Source: an uncultured Rickettsiales bacterium
GTDB lineage: Bacteria > Pseudomonadota > Alphaproteobacteria > Rickettsiales > JABCZZ01
NCBI GenBank assembly: GCA_964520155.1
Contig: CAZFOM010000001.1
Span: 1 to 33,701, forward strand
Length of the DNA stretch: 33,701 nucleotides
Direction: 5' to 3'
Positions 14,876 to 23,156 of this stretch are shown piece by piece. Under the pieces are notes generated by a model, which was not told the DNA's origin, ran no database searches, and was given only the letters and a program-made list of their open reading frames with translations. The translations under genes and the position numbers were made by a program. The stretch's first letter is position 1. Each line of letters opens with the position of its first letter.

Positions 14876-17737
14876 ATGGCTACTTTCAATTTTACCAGCC
14901 TGATCGGTCAGACGATTCCGAATTTTAACGTCGCCGCAGATACGCTGGCTATTCTGGACACGTCTTCTAACGTGCGCCTTACGCAGAATGGTGCAAACCT
15001 GCAGGTGACCACCAGCGCAGGCACCGTCACCATCGCGAACATGACGCTTGCTCAGGCTACCACCTCTAACATTTCTGGTGTTGGCGGACAGATCTTTGTG
15101 GGTGACAACAACACCGGCACCGTGTTCGATGATGTCGGTAACACGATCAACCCAGGCTCCGGCGCCAACCTGATTTACGGTATGGGCGGTGCTGACACCA
15201 TCACGGTGGGTGATGGTAACAACGTGGTATTCGGTGGCACGGGTCTGACCGACACTACGGACGGTGGCGATACCATGACCATCGGCACGGGCGCAAATAC
15301 CATTTATGGTAACGCGGGTAACGATGCTCTTACGCTTACCAACGGTACAGCTGCTGGAAATACCTCGACTGTGTTCCTCGGTCTTGGCGACGATTCTTAC
15401 ACCGCTACCGCCGCACACGCGGGTAACCACAACATTACCGGTGGTTCGGGTGCTGATACCATCAACGTGTTTGGCACGACTGGCGACGTAACCATCATCG
15501 GCGGTATTGCCATCACCGATACGACTGACGGTGCCGACACCGTTACGCTTGGCACGGGAAGCGTTTCCGCATTCCTGAACGCAGGCAACGACAACGTAAC
15601 CGGTGGCGCAACTGCTGCTGGTAAAACGGCAAACCTGAACCTCGGTCTGGGTAACGATACCTACGGTAACGCAACGGCAGTAGCGGGTGCTACCACCGTG
15701 ACCGGCGGTTCTGGCAATGACAACATCACCTTCAACGGTGCTGCAACCGCAGACATCACCATTTTCGGCGGAAACGGTATCACGGACACGACCGATGGTA
15801 ATGATACCATCACCTTGGGTGGTACTTTTGCGGGCAACGCAACCATTTATGGTAACGCAGGTAACGATACGTTTGCGACCATCGCAACCGTTGCTGGCAA
15901 AACCATCACCATCTTTGGTGGTCTGGGCGACGATGCTGTGACTCTTTCCACTCAGGCTGGCGATGATCGCTACACCCTGAACATGGGTACGGGCAACGAT
16001 ACCATCAACGCAAACCTTGGCACCTCTGCCGATGTAACGATCACCGCGATCGAAGCAACCGACATCACCAACGTGACGCTCGGTGGCGGTGCAGGCCGCA
16101 ACGCAGCGGCACTGACCGCTCAGGTTGCCGGCAGCACCATCGTACTGGTAAACGATCGCGGCTCCGATGGTACCTACACCGTGGGCACGGACGAGCGCAT
16201 CACGCTGCTTAACCAGACGGCTTCGCTCACCAATACCAACTTCATCATTACGGACGGTGACGGTAACGCCAGCCGCCTGCTGGTAAACACCACCACGACC
16301 GGCACGACCATGACGGGTAGCGCATTCGGTGACCAGATCATCGGTGGTTCGGGCAACGACACCATCGTCGGTGGTAACACGGCTGCAACTAACAACGACC
16401 GCATCAATGCGGGCGCTGGTGATGACCGCATCCAGTATCTGGCTGCTGCTGCGACCGACCTGCAGAACGACACCGTGGACGGTGGCGACGGTACGGACAC
16501 CTTCGAAGTGACCGATACGAACGCTGCAACCTTTGCCGCAAACGACGTGGCTGCGCTTGTAAACGTGGAAACGCTGCTCCTCAGCAACGCTTCGCACACG
16601 GTTCAGGGCGTGTTCGCTTCGGGTCGTCTCAACACCATCAATGCAACGGCTCTCGCTGGCACCAACACGCTCAGCGTGACGACGGATTCAGGTAGCTCCA
16701 ACAACCTGGTCGTCAACGCAAACAGCAACTCGACTGGTGCTATCACTGTGAACCTGTCCAACCTGACCGGTAACGGTACGGTTACCACGGCAGGCGGTGC
16801 AGACGTGATCACTGCAGGTTCGGGTAACGACAACATCTCGACCGGTGCCGCAGATGACACGATCAACATCGCTGCTGCAAACTTCACCTCTGCTGACACC
16901 ATTGCTGGTGGTCTGGGCACGGGTGATGCGATTGCTCTGTCCTCTGTTTCGGCAGGTGCAGATGCAGTTGTGGATGCTGATTTCAGCAACGTTTCCGGTC
17001 TGGAAACGCTGACCATCTTCAACGGTGCTTCGAATCAGACCTTCACGCTGGGTTCCGCGGCTTCTTCCGCTGGTATCAACAACGTGAACGGCGCGGCTGA
17101 GAACACGGGTACTGAGAACCTGACGATCACTGCAACCGGCATGACCACGGCCGTTACCATCACCGGTGGTTCTGGTAACGACTCCCTCACGGGTGGTGGC
17201 CAGGCAGACAGCATCGATGGCGGTGCGGCTAACGATACCATCATCGGTGGCGCAGGTAACGACACCCTCATCGGTGGCGCAGGTAACGACACCTACGTCA
17301 TGCTCGCAACTGGCGGCGGTGTGGATCAGATCGCAACCGCAAACTGGGTGCAGGCCAACGACCTGTTCGACTTCCGCATCGGTGGCTGGAGCTTTGCTGG
17401 TGGCGTGACCGAAACGGTTTCCGCACAGGCTGCTCTGGGTACGCTCGGCAACAACGGTACGCTCGTGTACACTGCAAACGCAGTGGGCAACGCCAGCGCA
17501 CTGAAAGTGCTGCTCGATGCAGACACCAACTTCGACAATACCAACATTGGTAACCGTGTGGTGGTGTGGGAAATCGATGGTACCAACGTAGGTGTCGGCG
17601 TGATCAACAACGCAGATACCTTGGACAACAACAGCGTGACCGTGACGCAGGTTGCTCAGATCACCGGTCTTGCCAACCAGGCAGCGGTGGACACTCTGAC
17701 CGGTGCTCTCGCAGCTTCCAACTTCGACCTGTTCTAG
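14876..17737 (+). CDS. Large acidic RTX-repeat surface protein (S-layer/RsaA-like T1SS substrate)
   Basis: 953 aa, rich in Thr/Gly/Asn/Asp/Ala, with no Cys and few Lys/Arg. GGxGxD-type repeats run throughout. A canonical five-unit nonapeptide block sits about 145 aa from the C-terminus, and the acidic/hydrophobic C-terminal tail is ...ALAASNFDLF. AAGAGG (14862-14867) lies 8 nt before the ATG, a strong terminator follows the stop, and T1SS genes lie immediately downstream. Confidence 0.85.
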   Translation: MATFNFTSLIGQTIPNFNVAADTLAILDTSSNVRLTQNGANLQVTTSAGTVTIANMTLAQATTSNISGVGGQIFVGDNNTGTVFDDVGNTINPGSGANLIYGMGGADTITVGDGNNVVFGGTGLTDTTDGGDTMTIGTGANTIYGNAGNDALTLTNGTAAGNTSTVFLGLGDDSYTATAAHAGNHNITGGSGADTINVFGTTGDVTIIGGIAITDTTDGADTVTLGTGSVSAFLNAGNDNVTGGATAAGKTANLNLGLGNDTYGNATAVAGATTVTGGSGNDNITFNGAATADITIFGGNGITDTTDGNDTITLGGTFAGNATIYGNAGNDTFATIATVAGKTITIFGGLGDDAVTLSTQAGDDRYTLNMGTGNDTINANLGTSADVTITAIEATDITNVTLGGGAGRNAAALTAQVAGSTIVLVNDRGSDGTYTVGTDERITLLNQTASLTNTNFIITDGDGNASRLLVNTTTTGTTMTGSAFGDQIIGGSGNDTIVGGNTAATNNDRINAGAGDDRIQYLAAAATDLQNDTVDGGDGTDTFEVTDTNAATFAANDVAALVNVETLLLSNASHTVQGVFASGRLNTINATALAGTNTLSVTTDSGSSNNLVVNANSNSTGAITVNLSNLTGNGTVTTAGGADVITAGSGNDNISTGAADDTINIAAANFTSADTIAGGLGTGDAIALSSVSAGADAVVDADFSNVSGLETLTIFNGASNQTFTLGSAASSAGINNVNGAAENTGTENLTITATGMTTAVTITGGSGNDSLTGGGQADSIDGGAANDTIIGGAGNDTLIGGAGNDTYVMLATGGGVDQIATANWVQANDLFDFRIGGWSFAGGVTETVSAQAALGTLGNNGTLVYTANAVGNASALKVLLDADTNFDNTNIGNRVVVWEIDGTNVGVGVINNADTLDNNSVTVTQVAQITGLANQAAVDTLTGALAASNFDLF
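15185..15991 (+). repeat. Three tandem ~89-aa (about 267-nt) protein-level modules inside the RTX gene
   Basis: The motif (L/I)TDTTDGxDT recurs with Thr at residues 125, 214 and 303 (nt 15248, 15515, 15782), exactly 89 residues apart. The flanking segments align: DTI.V......V.I.GG..ITDTTDG.DT.T.G.G.......NAGND......T(A/V)AG.T....LGLG(D/N)D.Y....A.AG.....TGGSG.D. A degenerate fourth start follows. Confidence 0.7.
17165..17299 (+). repeat. Canonical RTX nonapeptide block (5 units)
   Basis: GGSGNDSLT GGGQADSID GGAANDTII GGAGNDTLI GGAGNDTYV (residues 764-808). The last two 27-nt units (17246-17272 and 17273-17299) are identical at 24 of 27 positions. Confidence 0.85.
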
Positions 17738-17760
17738 GCCTGAGTTGAAGTTCCAAAAAC

Positions 17761-17791
17761 GGGGGCGGCCTTCGGGTCGCCCTCTTTTTTT
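17761..17791 (+). terminator. Rho-independent terminator of the RTX gene
   Basis: gggggcggcc (17761-17770), loop ttcg, ggtcgccctc (17775-17784). This is a 10-bp stem (8 Watson-Crick plus 2 G-U pairs) with a TTCG tetraloop, followed by seven T (17785-17791). It starts 24 nt after the stop codon. Confidence 0.85.
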
Positions 17792-17928
17792 GAGCTTCCG
17801 GCGATTAGCCATCGGCTGTCAGCGTTCAAATCTCAATGCTTTTTTGAATTTCAGGAACTTCATTGTAAATCCGCGTCACCTGTCCTATATAGCCGTATCC
17901 ACTTACGTTATTAATCTCTTGTCCGTTC

Positions 17929-19668
17929 ATGAATATCCCTGCCGCGCAGCCGAGTGACACTCTGGTCAAGGAATCCTTCCGCAAGACCAAAAAGGCCTTC
18001 ATCTATATCGGCGTCTTCAGCCTGTGCATGAACATCATGCTGCTTGCTCTGCCGATCTACTCGCTGCAGGTGCTTGACCGCGTCATGTCAAGCCACAGCT
18101 TGAGTACATTGTTCTGGCTGACGGTGGTAATTGTGGGGCTGTTGGTGTTTTACGGTCTCTTTAATGCCATTAAAACCGCGATCTTAAACAAGATGGGCGA
18201 ATGGATGGAACTGAGTGTGGCGCCCGAATTGCTAAGCAACGCCATCACCCGCTCCTCTCTTGCGGTGTTTTCGAGCGGTTCACAGTATTACCGTGACCTT
18301 GGCGCAGTGAAATCCTTTGTCACCGGCGGTGGCGTTGCTACACTGTTCGATGCGCCCTGGGCGATTCTCTTTCTGCTTGTGGTGTATCTGATTAATCCGG
18401 TGCTGGGCTTTGTCACACTGCTCGGCTGCTTCATGCTGCTGGGTCTTGCAGTGCTTACCGAACTAACCACCAAGAAACCGACAGATCTCGCCAGTAAATC
18501 CTCGATCCGAGTGAATACCATCGCTGAAACCGCAACCCGCAATGCGGAGATGATCGAAGCGATGGGGCTGATGCGCAACATTCTGGAAGACTGGAAACAA
18601 CATAATCAGCGCAGTCTTGATCTACAGGCGATCGCAGCCAACCGCTCGAATGTACTCTATTCCACTTCGCGCGTGTTGCGTATGGTGATGCAGGTTGCGA
18701 TCACGGGGATCGGCGCGTGGCTCGCACTCAATAATCAGATGACGATCGGCGGCATGATTGCGTCTTCGATTCTCGCCGCGCGCGCGCTCGCTCCGTTTGA
18801 GTCCGCGATAGGCGTATGGAAAAGCTGGGTGATCGCGCGCGAATCCTATCACCGCCTGGATAAATCCTTCGCGCATGTAAACAGCCTGCGTGGTAATGTG
18901 GATCTGCCGGCACCGCGCGGCATTGTTCAGGTGGATCAACTGATGTACCGTCCGGCCACCTCGGACAAGCCGATCATCAAGGGGGTCTCGTTTGACATTA
19001 AACCCGGGGAATCGGTGGGTATTATTGGCCCGTCCGCGGCTGGTAAATCGACACTTGCCAAGTTACTGATGGGCATTCTGCCGCCTTCGCATGGGACTGT
19101 GCGGCTGGACGGGGCGGATATTTTCAAATGGAACCGCGAGTATCTGGGGCAATATGTGGGCTATATGCCGCAGGATGTGGAGCTGTTTTCGGGCACCATC
19201 AAAGATAATATCGCGCGCATGGATAAACAAGCGCCGATCGAAAAGGTCATCGAGGCCGCGCGCAAAGCACATGTGCACGAAATGATCCTGCAACTGCCGC
19301 GCGGGTATGAGACGGAATACAGCTATGGCAATATCAATCTGTCGCCCGGGCAGCGTCAGCGCATCGGGCTTGCGATCGCGCTGTATGGCAATCCCCGTTA
19401 TGTCGTGCTCGATGAGCCCAACGGTAACCTGGACGGTGAGGGCGAACGCGCACTGGTTCAGACCATGCACTACATCAAATCGCAGGGCATCACGTTGGTG
19501 GTGGTGGCGCACCGCCCATCGATCGTGGGCTTTGTCGATAAAATTCTGGCGCTGCGCGGCGGGCTGATCGAAGCGTTTGGGCCACGCGAGGAAGTACTCA
19601 AACGCTACACGGCACCGCAACAGCCGCCCGCACAGGCGCAACTCGCAGCCGGAGGTGCGGCGGCATGA
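17929..19668 (+). CDS. Type I secretion system ABC exporter (PrtD/AprD/RsaD class, no N-terminal C39/CLD domain)
   Basis: 579 aa. The N-terminal transmembrane domain begins almost at the N-terminus (FIYIGVFSLCMNIMLLALPIYSLQVLDRV, typical of PrtD-type exporters). Walker A GPSAAGKST, signature LSPGQRQR, Walker B VVLDEPN. Confidence 0.9.
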   Translation: MNIPAAQPSDTLVKESFRKTKKAFIYIGVFSLCMNIMLLALPIYSLQVLDRVMSSHSLSTLFWLTVVIVGLLVFYGLFNAIKTAILNKMGEWMELSVAPELLSNAITRSSLAVFSSGSQYYRDLGAVKSFVTGGGVATLFDAPWAILFLLVVYLINPVLGFVTLLGCFMLLGLAVLTELTTKKPTDLASKSSIRVNTIAETATRNAEMIEAMGLMRNILEDWKQHNQRSLDLQAIAANRSNVLYSTSRVLRMVMQVAITGIGAWLALNNQMTIGGMIASSILAARALAPFESAIGVWKSWVIARESYHRLDKSFAHVNSLRGNVDLPAPRGIVQVDQLMYRPATSDKPIIKGVSFDIKPGESVGIIGPSAAGKSTLAKLLMGILPPSHGTVRLDGADIFKWNREYLGQYVGYMPQDVELFSGTIKDNIARMDKQAPIEKVIEAARKAHVHEMILQLPRGYETEYSYGNINLSPGQRQRIGLAIALYGNPRYVVLDEPNGNLDGEGERALVQTMHYIKSQGITLVVVAHRPSIVGFVDKILALRGGLIEAFGPREEVLKRYTAPQQPPAQAQLAAGGAAA

Positions 19669-21068
19669 GCCAGATTCCTGCAACTAAAACCGAATGGATC
19701 CGTTATCTGCGCTCCTACAGCGAGGCGCTCGATCGCTGGTCGGCGATGATTTCGCCCGCGCGGCCTGAATCTTCTGACAAGCCGGAATACAGTGCGCGTA
19801 TGCCTATTCAGGCTGGCCTGTGGATGATTGTGGCCGTGTTTGGCGCGTTTGGTCTGTGGGCGGGGCTTGCGCCATTGGATAGTGCGGCACTGGCGCCTGG
19901 CTATGTGGTGCTCGATTCCAACCGCAAATCCATCCAGCATCTCGAGGGTGGGATCGTAGAAGAAATTCTGGTGCGTGAAGGCTCGCAGGTGAAAGCGGGT
20001 GAGGCACTGGTTCGCCTCAACCCGACGGCGACTGAAGCGCGGCTTGATCTCTTCCGCAATCAGTATTTTGGCAATAAAGCGATTGAAGCACGGCTGTTTG
20101 CAGAGCGCGACGGCAAGGAAAAGATCGAGTTTCCCAAAGAGTTGCTTGATAAAGCTAACGATCCGGTGGTGAAAGAACAGATCGAGAATCAGCAGCAGCA
20201 GTTCAAAACCCGCAGAGACTCTCTCAACAGTCAGTTGGGTATTCTTAGGCAGAAGGCCGAACAATCGAAAAAGGAAATTGAAGGGCTGGAAGCGCAGATC
20301 CGTTCTGCCGACGATCAGATCAAATACCTGAATGAAGAAATCAAAACCGTGCAAATCCTCCTGTCGCAGGGTAACGCACAGAAGCCGAGATTGCTTGCGC
20401 TTCAGCGCAATAGGGCGCAACTCGAAGGGCAGCGGGGTGAGAATAAATCCTCCATCGCACGCGCCGAGCAGATGATCGCCGAATCCGAACTGGCGGTGCA
20501 GAGCCAGATCAACGATTTTCAGACCCGTGTTGCGGCGGAACTCAAGGACACGCAGCTCCAGCTCTCCGATCTTCAAGAGCGGGTGCGTGCCTCCGAAGAT
20601 GTGAAAAGCCGTATCGTGATTACCTCGCCGGTGGATGGGATCGTGACAGGGCTTGCGGTGCATACGGTAGGCGGTGTGATCAATCCGGGCGGGCGGATCA
20701 TGGATATTGTGCCGCTGGGGGATAAACTCATTGTGGAAGCGCGCGTGAATCCTCAAGATATTGATGTGGTGCACAAAGGCTTAACCGCGCAGGTGCGCCT
20801 GACGGCGTTCAAATCGCGCACGGTACCACCCGTGAAGGGCACGGTGGAAAATATATCGCCGGATCGTTTTACCGACGAACGCACGGGAATTTCCTATTTT
20901 GTAGCGCGGGTCGAGATACAGCAAAAAGAGCTGGACGCGCTGAAGGATGTCGAACTTTCCGCAGGGATGCCCGCCGATGTCATGATTCTCACCGGATCTC
21001 GCACCTTGCTTGGCTATATCCTAAGCCCGATTGGTGAGTCGTTCCATCAGGCCTTCCGCGAACAGTGA
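19665..21068 (+). CDS. Type I secretion membrane fusion protein (HlyD/AprE/RsaE family)
   Basis: ATGA overlap with the ABC gene (19665-19668). It has a single N-terminal TM helix (LWMIVAVFGAFGLWAGLAPL), a long coiled-coil middle, and a C-terminal block GMPADVMILTGSRTLLGYILSPI typical of HlyD-family adaptors. Confidence 0.9.
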   Translation: MSQIPATKTEWIRYLRSYSEALDRWSAMISPARPESSDKPEYSARMPIQAGLWMIVAVFGAFGLWAGLAPLDSAALAPGYVVLDSNRKSIQHLEGGIVEEILVREGSQVKAGEALVRLNPTATEARLDLFRNQYFGNKAIEARLFAERDGKEKIEFPKELLDKANDPVVKEQIENQQQQFKTRRDSLNSQLGILRQKAEQSKKEIEGLEAQIRSADDQIKYLNEEIKTVQILLSQGNAQKPRLLALQRNRAQLEGQRGENKSSIARAEQMIAESELAVQSQINDFQTRVAAELKDTQLQLSDLQERVRASEDVKSRIVITSPVDGIVTGLAVHTVGGVINPGGRIMDIVPLGDKLIVEARVNPQDIDVVHKGLTAQVRLTAFKSRTVPPVKGTVENISPDRFTDERTGISYFVARVEIQQKELDALKDVELSAGMPADVMILTGSRTLLGYILSPIGESFHQAFREQ

Positions 21069-21791
21069 TTAGCGTTTCAGCCCCAACGCTTTCCACCGAT
21101 ACGGCGGGCGGTCGAGTTCGTCGAGCTGGCCGCTTGTGCCGGTGGGTTGCGGCGGGACAAATTTATCAAAGAGCACAATTTTGTCGTTACGCACGATCGT
21201 GCTTGTCGCTCCAATTTTATAGGCCAATCCCCATAGTAACCATTCTTCGCGCTTGATTTCGATATTGCTGAACCCTGCGGCTTTGAAAGCCTTTCCGAGC
21301 GTGGCGGTGGTGAATATGGTGCGTGATTCCACACCCATCCGCATACTTCCATAGAGCAGTTCTAACGGGCTGAGCGTGGCGCCGCCTGGCAGGCGCGCCA
21401 GCGGTTCATCGAGCGCGCGTCCTTCCCACAGATACTTGGCAATCGTCTGCACCTCCACGGTGTTAAGCAGTATCATTCCATCATCGCGCAATACCCGAGG
21501 GATTTGCTTTAACACCTCTACGACTTCCGTAGCGTTGAGGGATTGCAGGCGCTGCGAAAACCAAACAGCCTCGACGCAGGCATTTGGCAAAAGTGCCAGC
21601 GTGTCAAATCCGCCCAGTATATCTGGCGCATTTGCGTGCTGGGGATCTACGCGAATTTCCTCCCACGCATCCGCTGTAAATTGAACATGCAGGCGTTTTT
21701 CCCGCGCCGCACCTGAAAACAGATGCAGTACGCGCTTCTTATCCGATGCCGTCGAGAACCGTTTCATCTGTGCAGACGTGAGTTTTTTCAT
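21069..21791 (-). CDS. Methyltransferase-fold protein with an atypical SAM motif I
   Basis: The pattern RVLHLFSGAA...EIRVDP....PDILGGFDTLALLPNACVEAVWFSQRLQSL...VLKQIPRVLRDDGMILLNT resembles Methyltransf_11/23-type enzymes from LPS loci. The usual GxGxG is replaced by FSGAA. There is a 4-nt ATGA overlap with the upstream GT4 gene, and its stop abuts the HlyD stop (21068/21069). Confidence 0.5.
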   Translation of the reverse strand: MKKLTSAQMKRFSTASDKKRVLHLFSGAAREKRLHVQFTADAWEEIRVDPQHANAPDILGGFDTLALLPNACVEAVWFSQRLQSLNATEVVEVLKQIPRVLRDDGMILLNTVEVQTIAKYLWEGRALDEPLARLPGGATLSPLELLYGSMRMGVESRTIFTTATLGKAFKAAGFSNIEIKREEWLLWGLAYKIGATSTIVRNDKIVLFDKFVPPQPTGTSGQLDELDRPPYRWKALGLKR

Positions 21792-23047
21792 GCGGCCCTG
21801 CGTGCGAGTTGCGCGTGGGTGGAGGGCGGGATCTGCCCGCTTGCCAGCTCCCGAATCAACGCCAGATGATGCGGTAGCACCACGCTCAGATCGTAACGCT
21901 CCAGTATCGTCTGCCGCGCTGCTTTACGCATGGATTGGTATTGCTCGGGGTTTCGCACCGCATGAAGAACTTTTTCCGCTAATTCCTGCGGTGAGAAGAA
22001 ATCCACCAGCACGCCGTTTTTCCCATCCGAGATGACTTCCTCCACGGGTGGGGTGCGCGAGGCGACCATCAGGCATTCGCAGGCCATGGCTTCCATCATC
22101 GACCAGGACAGCACGAACGGATACGTTAGATAGATATGCGCGGCCGAAACTTGCATGATCTTGAGCATTTCGCGGTAAGGCAGCGGAGCAACGAAATGCA
22201 ATCTCCGAAGATCCGGTTTCAATTCTTCCGTAAACATCTTGCGATATGTCGTGCCCGTTGGTGGGGTGCGTCCGTAGCTCACCTCATCCGCACCAACGGC
22301 AATCACATGCACGTCCGGATCCATCTCTTGCAGTCGCTTCACCGCTTTCATGAACGTTGGAAAGCCCCGATAATGCTCAAAATTCCGTGCGACATAGGTC
22401 ACCACCGGATCCCCTTGTTTGAAGCTGATCCCGTCGGGCATCTGAATGCGAACATTGGGATTCGGTGCCGCAACCGTTGCGTCTATTCCATCGTGAAGGA
22501 CACTCATTTTACTGTGAAACAGGGACGGGTATTGACGAAGTTGCCACTCGGTCGGCGTAATACCCCAGTCACAAGCCTCAAGCGCCAGCAGATTGACGCT
22601 GTTTTTTACCCGCAGCCGTGCTTTGTCGTCTTCTGTTATGGGGTGCTCAAACCCCATATCCGATCCCGCGGTGCGGTAATAAAACTCAAAAAAGTTCAAC
22701 AATTTGGTGTCTGGAAAAATATCTTTAACAAACAACGAATCGCCCCATCCCGGGTGCGCGCATATTACATCAGGTATAAACCCTTCCGTATCGCGTAATG
22801 CCTTGAGCATCCGCCAAGTTTCCTGACCCTGGAGCACGGAGCGTTCAGTGCCGGTCAGGTAGCGATGCGTGTATTGTGAAGGTTCACGAAACACCTCGTA
22901 TTCCAACTTGGTCACACCTTCGATGGTTGGAGCTTTAGCGTTGACCTTACTCAGAAACACCACCTGATTGTTAGGATCTTGTGCAAGGGTGCTGCATAAA
23001 TGTTTATATTGTCCCGGGAAATTCGGGTGCATGAAGAGGATTTTCAT
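21788..23047 (-). CDS. GT4-family (GT-B fold) glycosyltransferase
   Basis: C-terminal EX7E-type block SWSMMEAMACECLMVASRTPPVEEVISDGKNGVLVDFFSPQELAEKV. The probable start is ATG 23047 (MKILFMHPNFPGQY...). The listed ORF begins at an upstream GTG (23092). Confidence 0.8.
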   Translation of the reverse strand: MKILFMHPNFPGQYKHLCSTLAQDPNNQVVFLSKVNAKAPTIEGVTKLEYEVFREPSQYTHRYLTGTERSVLQGQETWRMLKALRDTEGFIPDVICAHPGWGDSLFVKDIFPDTKLLNFFEFYYRTAGSDMGFEHPITEDDKARLRVKNSVNLLALEACDWGITPTEWQLRQYPSLFHSKMSVLHDGIDATVAAPNPNVRIQMPDGISFKQGDPVVTYVARNFEHYRGFPTFMKAVKRLQEMDPDVHVIAVGADEVSYGRTPPTGTTYRKMFTEELKPDLRRLHFVAPLPYREMLKIMQVSAAHIYLTYPFVLSWSMMEAMACECLMVASRTPPVEEVISDGKNGVLVDFFSPQELAEKVLHAVRNPEQYQSMRKAARQTILERYDLSVVLPHHLALIRELASGQIPPSTHAQLARRAA

Positions 23048-23156
23048 AGGCCAGACCGCTATCGAAGCCGCAGTTTTATCGCCTAAATTCACGATTTACA
23101 ATATCTTAATACATTCCCATTTATAGTAGGAGCATTAGCACATCAGGGAGGATTTC

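Noticed and set aside
14852-17812. Very long minus-strand ORFs (14852..16597, 581 aa; 16688..17812, 374 aa; also 16174..16599 and 16603..17022) antisense to the RTX gene.
   Set aside because: These are shadow ORFs created by the repetitive GGT/ACC/GAC/AAC codon content of the plus-strand gene. Their products are Val/Thr/Arg/Cys-rich low-complexity strings with no start signals. The plus-strand gene has the RBS, RTX motifs, terminator and T1SS context.
19605-20774. 389-aa minus-strand ORF antisense to the T1SS ABC/MFP genes.
   Set aside because: Its sequence is His/Arg/Phe-rich and motif-free. It fully overlaps two well-supported plus-strand genes that are translationally coupled.
22136-22798. 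220-aa plus-strand ORF antisense to the GT4 gene. Similar antisense ORFs are 23688..24512(-) in the protease gene, 25868..26473(+) in amtB, 28807..29682(-) in the HD-GYP-like gene and 32387..33115(+) in typA.
   Set aside because: Each is fully embedded in a gene with clear family motifs on the other strand. Each has Arg/His-rich low-complexity translations and lacks start signals.
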